Below are positions 21,381 to 31,738 of a DNA stretch of 64,000 nucleotides, piece by piece. Both the position numbers and the translations under genes were made by a program. Origin of the DNA: an uncultured virus (IMG/VR IMGVR_UViG_3300025168_000003) (Duplodnaviria; Heunggongvirae; Uroviricota; Caudoviricetes; Crassvirales); IMG/VR virus record IMGVR_UViG_3300025168_000003; one strand, written 5' to 3'. The notes under the pieces were generated by a model, which ran no database searches, was not told where the DNA came from, and worked only from the letters and a program-made list of their open reading frames with translations. Positions within the stretch are counted from its first letter, which is position 1, and each line of letters starts with the position of its first letter.

Positions 21381-22145
21381 TTAACTTTTTGCGTTTGCTT
21401 CGTCTTGCATTACTTGCTGTGTAGCTACTTGAATTATTGAAGGATCTTTTACTATAACACCAGCATATGCTAATATTCTTAATATTAAATTTGTTTGTTC
21501 AGAAGGATGTAATTGAAAATTTATAGATCCAGTTGGTGGAATTACATCAGGGTTATAATCGCTATTGCTGTAAACGTATTGCCCTCTACTTCCAACTGTA
21601 AACCCCCAAAGAGGATTTAAAGGTCTTTTTACAAAGTCTATTGATATAGTATTTGATTGGTTTATTGTAGAAGGCGAAACAAATAATTTTTCATCTTCAT
21701 ATAAATAAACTGGATATTCTTCTGTTGCTTTTAACAGCCCAGTACTTTGAGCATTATAAAAGTCAGTTCTATTAACTCTTTCAACTTCTGTTACGTTGTT
21801 GTAAGAATTAGTATGTGTTACAACTCCTAATCTATAAAACGACACGTTATCTCCGTAAGTGTCGGTTATTAGTTGAGGTATTTGAAAATAATTTTGGATA
21901 TATTGTAGGGAAGCAGATGTTTTAAATATAGATATTTTTTCATCTATATTCATTTGCCTGTCAGCATAATCAACATCAGCTTGAGGTACACGTAACTGTT
22001 GATTGATATCATCGAAGTATTGCTCAAATATTTGTAGTTGCACTTGAGCTGCCACATTATTAAATTCTTGAGGCGTCATATAACCACGCTGTTCTTTATT
22101 AAGAATCAACAACACGGTTTGATATACAGTGTTTACGTTTACCAT
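21381..22145 (-). CDS. Head-tail adaptor/ring protein (254 aa)
   Basis: LNKEQRGYMTPQEFN motif; position downstream of the capsid gene. Confidence 0.6.
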   Translation of the reverse strand: MVNVNTVYQTVLLILNKEQRGYMTPQEFNNVAAQVQLQIFEQYFDDINQQLRVPQADVDYADRQMNIDEKISIFKTSASLQYIQNYFQIPQLITDTYGDNVSFYRLGVVTHTNSYNNVTEVERVNRTDFYNAQSTGLLKATEEYPVYLYEDEKLFVSPSTINQSNTISIDFVKRPLNPLWGFTVGSRGQYVYSNSDYNPDVIPPTGSINFQLHPSEQTNLILRILAYAGVIVKDPSIIQVATQQVMQDEANAKS

Positions 22146-22159
22146 TTTATATTTTTAAG

Positions 22160-22187
22160 TTAATATAAAGGCGGCCGAAACCGCCTC
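22160..22187 (-). terminator. UUCG hairpin (terminator or 5' leader hairpin)
   Basis: Minus strand GAGGCGGT-TTCG-GCCGCCTT followed by an AT-rich tract. Confidence 0.65.
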
Positions 22188-22190
22188 ATA

Positions 22191-22220
22191 TTAAGATTAC
22201 ATGTTATTTTAACTTTTTCT
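22191..22220 (-). promoter_or_regulatory. Class B promoter motif (AGAAA-N12-CATGTAAT-CTTAA)
   Basis: Spacing and core match the other copies. Confidence 0.5.
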
Positions 22221-22977
22221 CTATTGACTTATAAACTTCAACACCATCGTCGGTTTTAAAGAATGAAGCCATAGCAGAATATGGATTTTCATCAAATGGT
22301 ATAGTCATAAGTTTTTTACCATTACTAGCCCAATTAAAAGTTCTTTGATCTTGTGATAAAGAGATTATCTTAGCTTCTTGAGCTTTGATTGCAAAGTTTC
22401 TTAACTCTACGTTCTCGTCATTAGCAAGAGCTATTAATAACTCAGGATTTCTTCTTGCAAAAATCATTATATCTCTTTTTAACTCTTTAGAAGTTAATCC
22501 AGATACTTTGTTACCAAATTCAACTCTTAATATAGCTTCAGCCATATCTACGTCCATAGCAGCTGCAGCGTTTAAAGCTTCTAGTTCAACCGCTATAAAA
22601 TCTAAATCATTGGTTGCATCTTTAACTTTATCTACTTCTGCGTATTTCTTATTTAATAGAGGGTGATATAGTGAAAGTAATTTTTGTAATGATTGATATT
22701 GCTTAGGAACATATAATGTACCTTTTTTAAACATAATATGTCCTAATGTAGCCTCACCTTTTTGTTCATCTACAAATGGACTAGACATATTTGTTGCATA
22801 TCTTAATTCTCTTACTCCACCTTTTTCTTCATCAAACCAAGTTAAAGGATATCTTTTTCCGTGTCTTGATGGTATAGTTAATGTTAATGGATTGTATTTA
22901 CCAGTAACATAATAATGTCTGTCCTTTATTTCCCACCCTTTTTCTAAGGAGGTGGACATCTTTTTTTCTTTTGTCAT
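22204..22977 (-). CDS. Hypothetical protein following the major capsid gene (257 aa)
   Basis: Long ORF in the operon with an AT-rich initiation region. Confidence 0.8.
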   Translation of the reverse strand: MTKEKKMSTSLEKGWEIKDRHYYVTGKYNPLTLTIPSRHGKRYPLTWFDEEKGGVRELRYATNMSSPFVDEQKGEATLGHIMFKKGTLYVPKQYQSLQKLLSLYHPLLNKKYAEVDKVKDATNDLDFIAVELEALNAAAAMDVDMAEAILRVEFGNKVSGLTSKELKRDIMIFARRNPELLIALANDENVELRNFAIKAQEAKIISLSQDQRTFNWASNGKKLMTIPFDENPYSAMASFFKTDDGVEVYKSIEKKLK

Positions 22978-22994
22978 AATATAATATATAATAA

Positions 22995-23047
22995 AATTAA
23001 TAAAAGTAATAATTACCCCCGTTGATTTAACGAGGGTAAGAATTACA
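22995..23047 (-). terminator. Terminator after the major capsid gene
   Basis: Minus strand TTACCCTCGTT-AAATC-AACGGGGGTAA stem, extended by GTAAT/ATTAC, then TTTTATT. Confidence 0.75.
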
Positions 23048-23055
23048 TTAATATA

Positions 23056-24564
23056 CTAGATACCTTTGAATAATACAAAGTTATTAGCAGCTTGTACACA
23101 TAAACATCTTTCTGATAAGAAGTTTACTTCCATTGCATCAAGATCAGATGTGAACGCTCCACCAACAGAACCTGTTAGCCAAGATTTCATTCGTCTGTCA
23201 TCAGCTTGTGACGCTCTATATCTAACGTGTAGGAATGGTCGTCTAATGTTTGTACCTAAAATTTGGTCATAAACAGTAGATGTTCCAGCCGGTACTAATA
23301 CACCGTCAATAGAACTTACACCGTACCCAACAACTGGAGCAGTCTCAATCGCGCCTCTTGTAGAAGCATCGTTTAAGTATTTCCAGTCTGTTTTATAAAA
23401 GTCATAAGAACCTCTTCTAAATCCAGAGAATCCTAAGTTAAGTGCCATTTGCTCAGAGTTTTCAAATAAACCATAAGCAGTACCACCAGCAGTTCCAGCA
23501 GAAATACCAGCAAGCATGTCATCAAAAGATAATGCAGTTTCTCTGTTTAAGAAAAGCATATTTTCTTCAATAGCACCTTGAGTATCTAAGTTTCTAAGAA
23601 TAGAATCGAAAGAATCTAACTGAGAAATACCTCCAACAGGAGCAGCGTTAAACCCAATATTTATATTACCTCTATCTTCAATAGCAGCAAATAAACCTTG
23701 AGTACCTTTAAATCCAGCAGCAGCAGCAGAACCTGCAGGAGCACCCGCAGCATCAGCTAATTCACCTTCAACAACTGACATTTCTAGGTAGTCTTCAAAA
23801 CGTAGTCTTGTTTCAGACTCAGCTTTTAAATACCATAAATATCCTGATGTTCCATCTTCAGTAGCAACTTCAACCCAACCAATCTGAGCAGTGTCAGAAC
23901 CAGATACAACATATTTGTTTCTGATAATTATTGGTGAATTAGAGAATTGAGTAAAAGAAGGAGTTATACTTTGATAACCATTAACAGCGCCTGCGGCAGC
24001 TGTGTTGTTAGCGATAGAACTTCCTTTTCCATACTCAGAACCGTATACAAATATCTTAATATTTGTTAGGGCTAAAGCAGCTAAATTTGCAGCTCCATAT
24101 ACAGCTACAGTTAAAGCACCAGTCGCGGTGTTACTAGCTGTAACAATACCTTTTGCTTCTGCACCAGTATCATCCATCATAACGATAGTTTGATTTGGTG
24201 AAACAACGTTAGCTACATAATCACTTGCAACAGCCGGAGCTAAATCTACAGGAATTGTTATAGTGTTTACTTGATCGTTAGTACAACCTTCGTAACCGAT
24301 GTGTAATCTGTTTTGTTCTGACCAGATAACTTGGTCTGATGTCATTGGCATTTCAGCGCCTACCATTCTTAAGAAACCAGATAAAGTTCTGTTTCCATAT
24401 CTTTCTACTTCTTGTTCGTAGATTTCAGGTAGATATTGCTGAGCAAATGTATCAGAATCACCTGGATTTGCGCCTCCATTAAACGACAAGTAGTTAGAAT
24501 CTAACACTTGTTGTCTTTGAGACGGCTTGATTGTCCCGAATAACGGGCTTACATTTTGACTCAT
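23056..24564 (-). CDS. Major capsid protein (502 aa)
   Basis: Order terminase-portal-scaffold-MCP; followed by a strong terminator; Ala/Gly-rich with biased codons. Confidence 0.8.
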   Translation of the reverse strand: MSQNVSPLFGTIKPSQRQQVLDSNYLSFNGGANPGDSDTFAQQYLPEIYEQEVERYGNRTLSGFLRMVGAEMPMTSDQVIWSEQNRLHIGYEGCTNDQVNTITIPVDLAPAVASDYVANVVSPNQTIVMMDDTGAEAKGIVTASNTATGALTVAVYGAANLAALALTNIKIFVYGSEYGKGSSIANNTAAAGAVNGYQSITPSFTQFSNSPIIIRNKYVVSGSDTAQIGWVEVATEDGTSGYLWYLKAESETRLRFEDYLEMSVVEGELADAAGAPAGSAAAAGFKGTQGLFAAIEDRGNINIGFNAAPVGGISQLDSFDSILRNLDTQGAIEENMLFLNRETALSFDDMLAGISAGTAGGTAYGLFENSEQMALNLGFSGFRRGSYDFYKTDWKYLNDASTRGAIETAPVVGYGVSSIDGVLVPAGTSTVYDQILGTNIRRPFLHVRYRASQADDRRMKSWLTGSVGGAFTSDLDAMEVNFLSERCLCVQAANNFVLFKGI

Positions 24565-24569
24565 AATTT

Positions 24570-25784
24570 TTAATTTTTAATTGTTACTTTTTTTATTTTA
24601 AGTTTTGAGGAGTCAACACCACTTAATGCTTTTACTTTTATTCCATTAACAAAGACTTCGCCACTCGCAACTCTACGAGGTTCTTGTTCTATGTTTTTAG
24701 ATTTAGCCATCATATTTTTTACAGCGTCGGCTTTACCTTGCTCGTAAAAATGATTAGCTATAGTATCAACATTATCTGCGGCATATATAGCCTTGTGATA
24801 TCCAGCAATATCTACCACGTTGCCATCATTATCAAGAAACTTCTTAATAGTATTACCAACATCCGACTGTCTATCTGCAACTGCATCAGTGTTTTTTAAA
24901 CCGTATCTAAAAGTTTTTTCACCTACTTTAATATCAAAACCTTTGAATTTATTAGTGAACCAGTCTTTAGTTTGGTCTTTAAACTGAGCGTGTTGTTCTG
25001 CAACTATATCTTGCTCGTCATTATAGCGGTTGAAAAAGTCCATAGCTTTTTGTTGATCTTGAGTTACGCCCGGTCTCAACTTGATCTCGTCGTAGTATTT
25101 ACTCTTAGCATCTTCTAAAAAGTTCTGTGCTTTTGCAACTTCTTCTTTAAACGCAATTTTCTTTTTGCGTATTTCTTTTGGCTCATCTATTTCATCATCA
25201 AATAAATAATCTTCTAATAAAAGACTAACATCTTCAGAATCTAAATGAGGTTTAGTTTGTTTATAATACTCTCTAATTAAAGCTGTATTATCAACATTAG
25301 AATAATCAGCGTTTAATCTAACGTAATCTTCTAATGTACCGCCAGTATCATTCATAAATGTTACTAGCTTTTCAATATTTTCTGGTAAAGGTTGACCGCT
25401 TAATTTAGCATCTCTTTTTGCTTCTTTAATTTGGTTTTCAACTTGCTTTACCTCTTGTTGTACCTCTTCTTTTGTTATTTCTTGGAGCGGAATGACAGCA
25501 TCGGAGCTGGGCTCTTGTACCTGTTCTTCCACTTGAGGTATATCTCCGGCTTGTTTAACTTCAGCCAGTTCTCCTGTTTCTTGCTCTGAAATGGCATTAT
25601 CTTCTTTTTTTATTTCTACTTTAGTAACCTCAGGTATAACTTCACCTTGAGCTTCTTTAGCCGTTAAGTTCACCTTTACTGGTGAATCTTGTTTACCTAA
25701 TTGCTTAGGTTTTGTTTTTAATTTACCTTTTAGTGTAAATTCTCCTTCCTGTTTTGCAGGTTGATTTGTTGTTTCTTCTGACAT
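24570..25784 (-). CDS. Capsid scaffolding protein (404 aa)
   Basis: Acidic coiled-coil protein between portal and MCP; HFYEQGKADA. Confidence 0.65.
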   Translation of the reverse strand: MSEETTNQPAKQEGEFTLKGKLKTKPKQLGKQDSPVKVNLTAKEAQGEVIPEVTKVEIKKEDNAISEQETGELAEVKQAGDIPQVEEQVQEPSSDAVIPLQEITKEEVQQEVKQVENQIKEAKRDAKLSGQPLPENIEKLVTFMNDTGGTLEDYVRLNADYSNVDNTALIREYYKQTKPHLDSEDVSLLLEDYLFDDEIDEPKEIRKKKIAFKEEVAKAQNFLEDAKSKYYDEIKLRPGVTQDQQKAMDFFNRYNDEQDIVAEQHAQFKDQTKDWFTNKFKGFDIKVGEKTFRYGLKNTDAVADRQSDVGNTIKKFLDNDGNVVDIAGYHKAIYAADNVDTIANHFYEQGKADAVKNMMAKSKNIEQEPRRVASGEVFVNGIKVKALSGVDSSKLKIKKVTIKN

Positions 25785-25811
25785 AATATAATATAATAGT
25801 TAATATAATTT

Positions 25812-28232
25812 TTATCTAGGATCAAATTGCTCTAATCCAAATCCGCCTAAATTATCCATTCCTGCGGATTCAAAATTCTTAGGAAGACCATCTGTTTTCC
25901 TTTGATTTATCATTTGACTTTGTTGTGTGCCTTGTATTTTTACTCTTTTATCTTTTCTATTTTCAATTTCTTTTTCTCTCATGCTCTCTTCTTGTATTCT
26001 AGCTTGAGCTAATTTCATTTGATATCCAAACTCTTCAGCCATCAAAAGCTTTTTGATTTCAGATTCCGTTTGCATACGTTGTATTTCAAACTGAGATTTA
26101 GCTTGCTCTATCTGAACTTTAGATTCTGTAAGAGCCTGTTGTTTTTGCATTTCTGCTAAAGCTGCTTTTTCAGCTGTTTGAGAATTAGCTTCTGCTTGAG
26201 CTTGTATGTTCATCATGCTAGCTTCTTGATCACGCTGGCGTTTCTTTTCTTGACTAAGTTTTAATTTTTGATTAGCAAGTTTAAGGTTTTTTATTTGCCT
26301 AAGATCTATAGCATCTGATAAACCAATACTCTGTTGCTGTAAAGCCATTTGAATATTTTGTTCTAACATTTGCTTTTCTTCTTCGTCTGGTTCTAGTTCT
26401 AGATAAATACCAAATTCCATTAGTTGCTTTTCCATCAACTCACCTAGTGTAGCTGTATTAAACATAGATATAGAATCTACTAAAGCTTGTCTAGTTAAAG
26501 GAAATTCCAAAGCATCAGCTGCTCTTAAAGCTATGTTTTCACAATTTCTTAATGTTAAGTATAATTGCGCTTGCATTAAATGTCTAGTCGCTGTGTTACT
26601 ATTTGCGGCTGCTAATTTTTGTAATCCAACTAAAGAACCTACAGCCGGAGTACTAGCATCTCTAGCTTCGTTTAATCCGGTTACATCTCTTATCATTTGT
26701 AAATAATATTGATAAGTCTGAATCAAACTAGCTATTTTAGCATTACCACTACTTGTTTGTAGTTCTTGAATAGGTACTTTACCTCTATTAGGGTCTCCCT
26801 CTTGTGTCAAAGATCTACCTACAATACTACCAGTTTGAAAATACATATTCAATGCTTCTTGTGCATTGTAATTTGTTCCATTACCTAAGTCAACTTCTGC
26901 TAATCCATCTACATCTACAAACACTCCATCTGGAACCATTCTAGATAATACTTGCTGTAGTTTTAAATGAGTCAACTGTATCATGTCTGCGAAACCAGTT
27001 ATACGACTAACAGTAGATTCTATTCTACCTTTATACATCTTAGGCGCAACAATGCTATAGTTCATATTAACTCTAGCTATATTACTTGATGGTCTAGTCA
27101 TGTTCTTTGCCATTTCCCATCTTAACATTTTATCAAAACCTAATATTTTAGCTCCGCTATATAAAACCTCTATAGACCTAGAAGCTCTTTCAAAATTATC
27201 ATTTTTAGGAGGATCAAACGTGTCTGGTTTTTCTAAAGCTTTTTCTAAACCATTTTCAGATCTTTTTATTTTCCAAACTTGATCTTGATATGTTTTGTAT
27301 TCAAAATAAAGAACATTAACAGTGTTGTAATTATCTTGTTGACCGTAATAGCTATTTCTATAGTTAGAATTACCTGGATATTTTTCTATTTGTTTTAAAT
27401 CCTCAGTTGTTAAATATGAAAATTGTTTCTTTAATTCTTCTAAACTTATTTGCTTAACCTCTCCAACATAATATATATCTTCAAAATTAGGATCTTCTGT
27501 ATAAGAATAAACTAAATTAGCTGGATCTACATAATCAACTGTTATTCCGTTCGATAAATTAAAACTAGTTTTACTAGCACCTATACCTAAAACAACTAAA
27601 TCATTTATTATTCTTCTTTTTGTTAATTGATATTTGTTTCTTTGCAAAACATTTTCAATTAATTCCTCTTCAGCAATTTCTATAGCCTGCTTATAACTAA
27701 GTTGCATGTGAAGATCTATTTCATCTTGAGACTGAGGAAGAGAATCTGGATCTGTTACTGTGAAAAAATCTAAACCAGTTTTTTCCTTAGTTTCATTTAA
27801 AAGATCTTTTCCGTACATGTCTCTCATTAAACCTGCAGCGTAATTAGTTCTTTGTTTTACCGATTCAGGGTCTTGAGCAAAAGCTTTTATATCATAAACT
27901 TTAGCTGACATACCATTTACAAGTATGTCTACAAACTTAGAAACAATAGGAACCGGTTTCCAGTCTAAATTAAGATAAGACAAATCACCGTTAATAGATA
28001 ATTCATCTTTATATTTTTGAACAGACTGTTCTCCTCTTGAATAAAGTCTTAATCTATTAAAGTCTTGCCAGTTATTTCCAAATCTTCCTCCTGCTCCAAT
28101 GCCTCTATCACCAGCCCACCATTCGCCTTCTATAGCTCTTGCAATTGCTAATCCATATTCTTGTGTGCTTTTCTCTTCATCTGGTACTACCTGACTAGGG
28201 AAAGAACTATTAGGATTTGTGTATATATTCAT
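25812..28232 (-). CDS. Portal protein (806 aa)
   Basis: Follows terminase; IRDVTGLNEARDAS motif; Gln-rich C-terminal barrel helix. Confidence 0.8.
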   Translation of the reverse strand: MNIYTNPNSSFPSQVVPDEEKSTQEYGLAIARAIEGEWWAGDRGIGAGGRFGNNWQDFNRLRLYSRGEQSVQKYKDELSINGDLSYLNLDWKPVPIVSKFVDILVNGMSAKVYDIKAFAQDPESVKQRTNYAAGLMRDMYGKDLLNETKEKTGLDFFTVTDPDSLPQSQDEIDLHMQLSYKQAIEIAEEELIENVLQRNKYQLTKRRIINDLVVLGIGASKTSFNLSNGITVDYVDPANLVYSYTEDPNFEDIYYVGEVKQISLEELKKQFSYLTTEDLKQIEKYPGNSNYRNSYYGQQDNYNTVNVLYFEYKTYQDQVWKIKRSENGLEKALEKPDTFDPPKNDNFERASRSIEVLYSGAKILGFDKMLRWEMAKNMTRPSSNIARVNMNYSIVAPKMYKGRIESTVSRITGFADMIQLTHLKLQQVLSRMVPDGVFVDVDGLAEVDLGNGTNYNAQEALNMYFQTGSIVGRSLTQEGDPNRGKVPIQELQTSSGNAKIASLIQTYQYYLQMIRDVTGLNEARDASTPAVGSLVGLQKLAAANSNTATRHLMQAQLYLTLRNCENIALRAADALEFPLTRQALVDSISMFNTATLGELMEKQLMEFGIYLELEPDEEEKQMLEQNIQMALQQQSIGLSDAIDLRQIKNLKLANQKLKLSQEKKRQRDQEASMMNIQAQAEANSQTAEKAALAEMQKQQALTESKVQIEQAKSQFEIQRMQTESEIKKLLMAEEFGYQMKLAQARIQEESMREKEIENRKDKRVKIQGTQQSQMINQRKTDGLPKNFESAGMDNLGGFGLEQFDPR

Positions 28233-30437
28233 TTACTTAATTATTTTTGAAGTATCTCCTTTGTTATCATATTTTTTAAAACCCAAAGAAACTGATTTTA
28301 CTATTTTTTCTGCTATTGGTCTATATCTATGTTTGTTGCATGCCATCAAAGCTAAACCAGAGCTAATAGAAGCATCATGCTTTGTTCTATTATTTATATC
28401 AAATCTAGCCCAATCATTTAAGGTTCTTTGAAAATACATGTCTCCATAACCTTCTGGTAATAATCCTACATGAGATTCTATATATGTTTCTATAGCTGCA
28501 GCGTGAGCTTGCTTCATGTCTTCACTTGAGTTTGGCACTCCACCAATTTCTCTTTCTGTTATTGATAGTTTTAACTTATCAGGCCTGTTCATGCTATAAC
28601 CTCTATAACCTCTTCTTTTAAAATGATATAATAATCTAGGTTTATTGTTTTCAGCAAGTATCGGCATGCCGTAAAAAACACAAGCCATTAAAACATCTTC
28701 AAAAAATATCTCTGCTGTTTGAGGTCTTGCTACATATTCTAAAAAGAAATGATTAGCGGGTGCATCTTCCATGCTAAATTTAGTTAAACCGTGTAGAGAT
28801 CCGTTAGATCCTCTTCTGTCAACCGTACCAGATATATCGTAACTATCACAACCAAATGCGCCAACGTGTTCGTTTCCTGGATACTTAGCGCCTCTTTTTA
28901 AAACTATTTTATTTTGTAAATGTAATGGTGGAACCCAACTAATTAAGAACCTACCGTCATTGTTTGGATAAAATATGACCTTAGTGTCTTTCTGCCCATT
29001 TTCCCATCTAAAAGAACCTTTTGTTATTATACTAGAATTCCTAAGATCTTCATTGTAATCAACCTGTTGATATATTTTAGTTAAATTAAATAAAGAAGAT
29101 TTTGCCTCGTCTCTAAAAGCATGTTGCTCTGTTCTTGGAAATTGTCTGTAAAACTCGTTTAAAGCTTCTTGATCGCCTTTTAAACCATCAACTTCATTTT
29201 GCCAATAGTTTATTACACCTAATTTTATTTCATTACCATGTGGTCCAAGAATTTTTTCTTTTGGATTTTCGAATACAGGTATTCCATAAGAATCAATGTA
29301 TCCTTCGTAGTTCCATTCCATAGGTACGAACAAACTATATAATCCTGAGCGAGTCTGTCCATTGGCGTTTCTTTTTGTAACATCTGAATCATTATAAAGT
29401 TTTTTGAAGTTCTCTCCACCTTTATCTAGCGAGTTGCTAGTTGATCCCATCATGCATTTACCTACTATTCTACTACCTAGTCTAAGGGTGGTTTTCGTAA
29501 CCCTCCAGTTGTTGTTAATGTTGTTTGGCCTTTCCCATTTCCCGCTCTCATCGTGGACGAGGAGTTTAAGTTTCTCCCCATCGTAGGCGTTGTCGCCGGT
29601 ATTCTTCCAGTCGATGGTGGTATCCAAACCGGCAATTTCTTGGGTTTTTTCATTGGCTTCCAGTTTTCTACGGGTAAATTTGGAGGCAGGGACTCTGTAG
29701 GCGAGCTCGGTCTTGGGCCTGTCCATTCCGTCCTGTATCGGCTTGAAAAAGAAGGGATAGTTGACGGAAATTGGTACCACCTTATCTGTGAACATAGTCT
29801 TAGCATCGGCACCAGATTTGGACAATATTCCGAACCGTGAATCCGTTGATATCGTAGCAAGGTTGACCGACTCAGCTGAGGACATAAATGAGAAGCCTGA
29901 CCTACGGTTTTTAAGATAACACATTCCATAAGACCGTTCATCGGCTTTGCAAGCTTCCCAGAAAATGTAGAATAATCTATTTGCTTCTCTAAAGTCTGGC
30001 TTCCCAACATCAATTTTGGACCACTGCAAGTACATATAGTGAGTGCCAGTAATGTAAGTAGCCACGCCCTTATTATAGAACCATAACCCTTCTTCTCTTT
30101 TAATAAATTCTTTATCGATGTAATCATACCACTTTTCTTTAAAGTCTAAAGGGTATTCTTCCCAATCGAACCTTGTTTTTATTCTTTTTAACTCTTCAGG
30201 TATGTTTGTTCTTGTCCATTTGTCGGATTTAAATTTAACTAAATTCGACTCTTTAGGTAAAGCTATTTTTAAGTTTTGTATTTCGTATATGTCACCGATT
30301 TGGCCACTTTTACTTATAACTATAACGTCATGCTCTTCGTTGTAACCATACTTCCATTTCTTACCTTTATTTAATTTAGTAAGAACATGAGGTTTAACGT
30401 GATCTTTTAGTACTTTGTATAATTCTTGATTATACAT
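28233..30437 (-). CDS. terL: Terminase large subunit (734 aa)
   Basis: Walker A-like LKNRRSGFS, Walker B LLVHDESGKW, nuclease FGCDSYD, ILAENN, KHDASIS. Confidence 0.9.
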   Translation of the reverse strand: MYNQELYKVLKDHVKPHVLTKLNKGKKWKYGYNEEHDVIVISKSGQIGDIYEIQNLKIALPKESNLVKFKSDKWTRTNIPEELKRIKTRFDWEEYPLDFKEKWYDYIDKEFIKREEGLWFYNKGVATYITGTHYMYLQWSKIDVGKPDFREANRLFYIFWEACKADERSYGMCYLKNRRSGFSFMSSAESVNLATISTDSRFGILSKSGADAKTMFTDKVVPISVNYPFFFKPIQDGMDRPKTELAYRVPASKFTRRKLEANEKTQEIAGLDTTIDWKNTGDNAYDGEKLKLLVHDESGKWERPNNINNNWRVTKTTLRLGSRIVGKCMMGSTSNSLDKGGENFKKLYNDSDVTKRNANGQTRSGLYSLFVPMEWNYEGYIDSYGIPVFENPKEKILGPHGNEIKLGVINYWQNEVDGLKGDQEALNEFYRQFPRTEQHAFRDEAKSSLFNLTKIYQQVDYNEDLRNSSIITKGSFRWENGQKDTKVIFYPNNDGRFLISWVPPLHLQNKIVLKRGAKYPGNEHVGAFGCDSYDISGTVDRRGSNGSLHGLTKFSMEDAPANHFFLEYVARPQTAEIFFEDVLMACVFYGMPILAENNKPRLLYHFKRRGYRGYSMNRPDKLKLSITEREIGGVPNSSEDMKQAHAAAIETYIESHVGLLPEGYGDMYFQRTLNDWARFDINNRTKHDASISSGLALMACNKHRYRPIAEKIVKSVSLGFKKYDNKGDTSKIIK

Positions 30438-30709
30438 TACGTAGATCTACCTTCTGCAAAACCTTTAAAAACTTTTTCATTTGTTTTTTTAGGTTTTTCA
30501 TTTAACATATTTTCTTCTTCTTGTATACGCTGAAGTATTTCAAACGCATCAAATATAGCTAGTTTTTTTGTTGCAGCCGCGTTCTTTAAACGATCAGCCG
30601 AGATATCATCATCTGAATCTACAATAGGTTCTTTAGCTACCTTTATTAATTCCTCAACTGCTTTTTGCCCAGCTTGGATTATATTCTTCTTCGTTTCCTT
30701 TGTATTCAT
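30437..30709 (-). CDS. Possible terminase small subunit (90 aa)
   Basis: Small helical protein translationally coupled to terL; positional inference only. Confidence 0.45.
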   Translation of the reverse strand: MNTKETKKNIIQAGQKAVEELIKVAKEPIVDSDDDISADRLKNAAATKKLAIFDAFEILQRIQEEENMLNEKPKKTNEKVFKGFAEGRST

Positions 30710-31259
30710 ATTTAATTAAAATGTCGTCTATATGTAGGCAATAAAGACGCGTGTTATCTATTATAAACTCAAACTCTCTCATACTAGGAAACCCTATAAG
30801 ATCTCCCTCGCTTATTCCCTTTGCTTCTAAGAGCTTATTACCATATTTTAGTATACCAATATTCTTTTGCTCTTTATCTAACGTTAGAGGATCTTTATTT
30901 TTTATAGGTGCTACAAAACATCTATCGCCAAATGATTTCCACTTATTGTTTGTTTTATATAAATATATTTGATCAGGTTGACAAAAAAATAAATCATCTA
31001 TAAATTTTCTACTACTATCAACCGCTTCACCTTTTTGATTGTAATATCTTCTAAATACATTATGGTGTATTACTATTTCATCACCCTCTTTTAAAACAGT
31101 GTTAAAAGCTTTAGGTGTTTTAACTATAACAGCTCTATTGTTTATAAACTTAAACTTTTCAATACTAGTATTTAGTATTAAATTTTTATTATTTATTTTT
31201 ACAGAATTATCATACCTATCACCTATAGGTTTTACTAAAAAATTCCAAATAGCTTTCAT
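30654..31259 (-). CDS. Tandem GroES-like protein (201 aa)
   Basis: Two Cpn10-like units, e.g. SFGDRCFVAP...GISEGDLIGF...IDNTRLYCLHIDDIL. Confidence 0.55.
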   Translation of the reverse strand: MKAIWNFLVKPIGDRYDNSVKINNKNLILNTSIEKFKFINNRAVIVKTPKAFNTVLKEGDEIVIHHNVFRRYYNQKGEAVDSSRKFIDDLFFCQPDQIYLYKTNNKWKSFGDRCFVAPIKNKDPLTLDKEQKNIGILKYGNKLLEAKGISEGDLIGFPSMREFEFIIDNTRLYCLHIDDILIKYEYKGNEEEYNPSWAKSS

Positions 31260-31483
31260 TAATATTGTAAATCATATTCAACGGATATAGCCATGTTAGG
31301 ATTAAACTTTTTCCATGGTAATATCTCGTTGTTTTTCTTTATGTAAATATTATAAGAACTATCTTCATCTAATAAGATGTCAGATATAGTATGCCCACCA
31401 TAAACTTCTTGACCTACAGAATAATGCATAGCATCATTTTTATAATCAGAGCCTATGCTGATTTTTCTAATTTTACTTTCCAT
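31259..31483 (-). CDS. Hypothetical protein (74 aa)
   Basis: Coupled ORF in the operon. Confidence 0.75.
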   Translation of the reverse strand: MESKIRKISIGSDYKNDAMHYSVGQEVYGGHTISDILLDEDSSYNIYIKKNNEILPWKKFNPNMAISVEYDLQY

Positions 31484-31712
31484 CTTCTTTTTCGATAGCA
31501 GTATAAGTACCGTCTTCTAGGTTTATGTTTACAGCACCATATTCTTCTTCTAATTCTTTTTTAGTGTTTTCTATCTCTTCATTTAAAGCACCTATTCTGT
31601 GTAGTAGTGAGTGTTTTTGAGATTCTAAACCACCGACTCCTACTAAGTATTCTTTTAATGTTTCTTGTTGTTTTACAACTTTTTCTAGTTCTGCTTTTTT
31701 TATTTTTGCCAT
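31473..31712 (-). CDS. Small coiled-coil protein (79 aa)
   Basis: Heptad pattern; coupled ORF. Confidence 0.75.
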   Translation of the reverse strand: MAKIKKAELEKVVKQQETLKEYLVGVGGLESQKHSLLHRIGALNEEIENTKKELEEEYGAVNINLEDGTYTAIEKEDGK

Positions 31713-31738
31713 TTTATTAAATTTAATTAGTTACTCTA

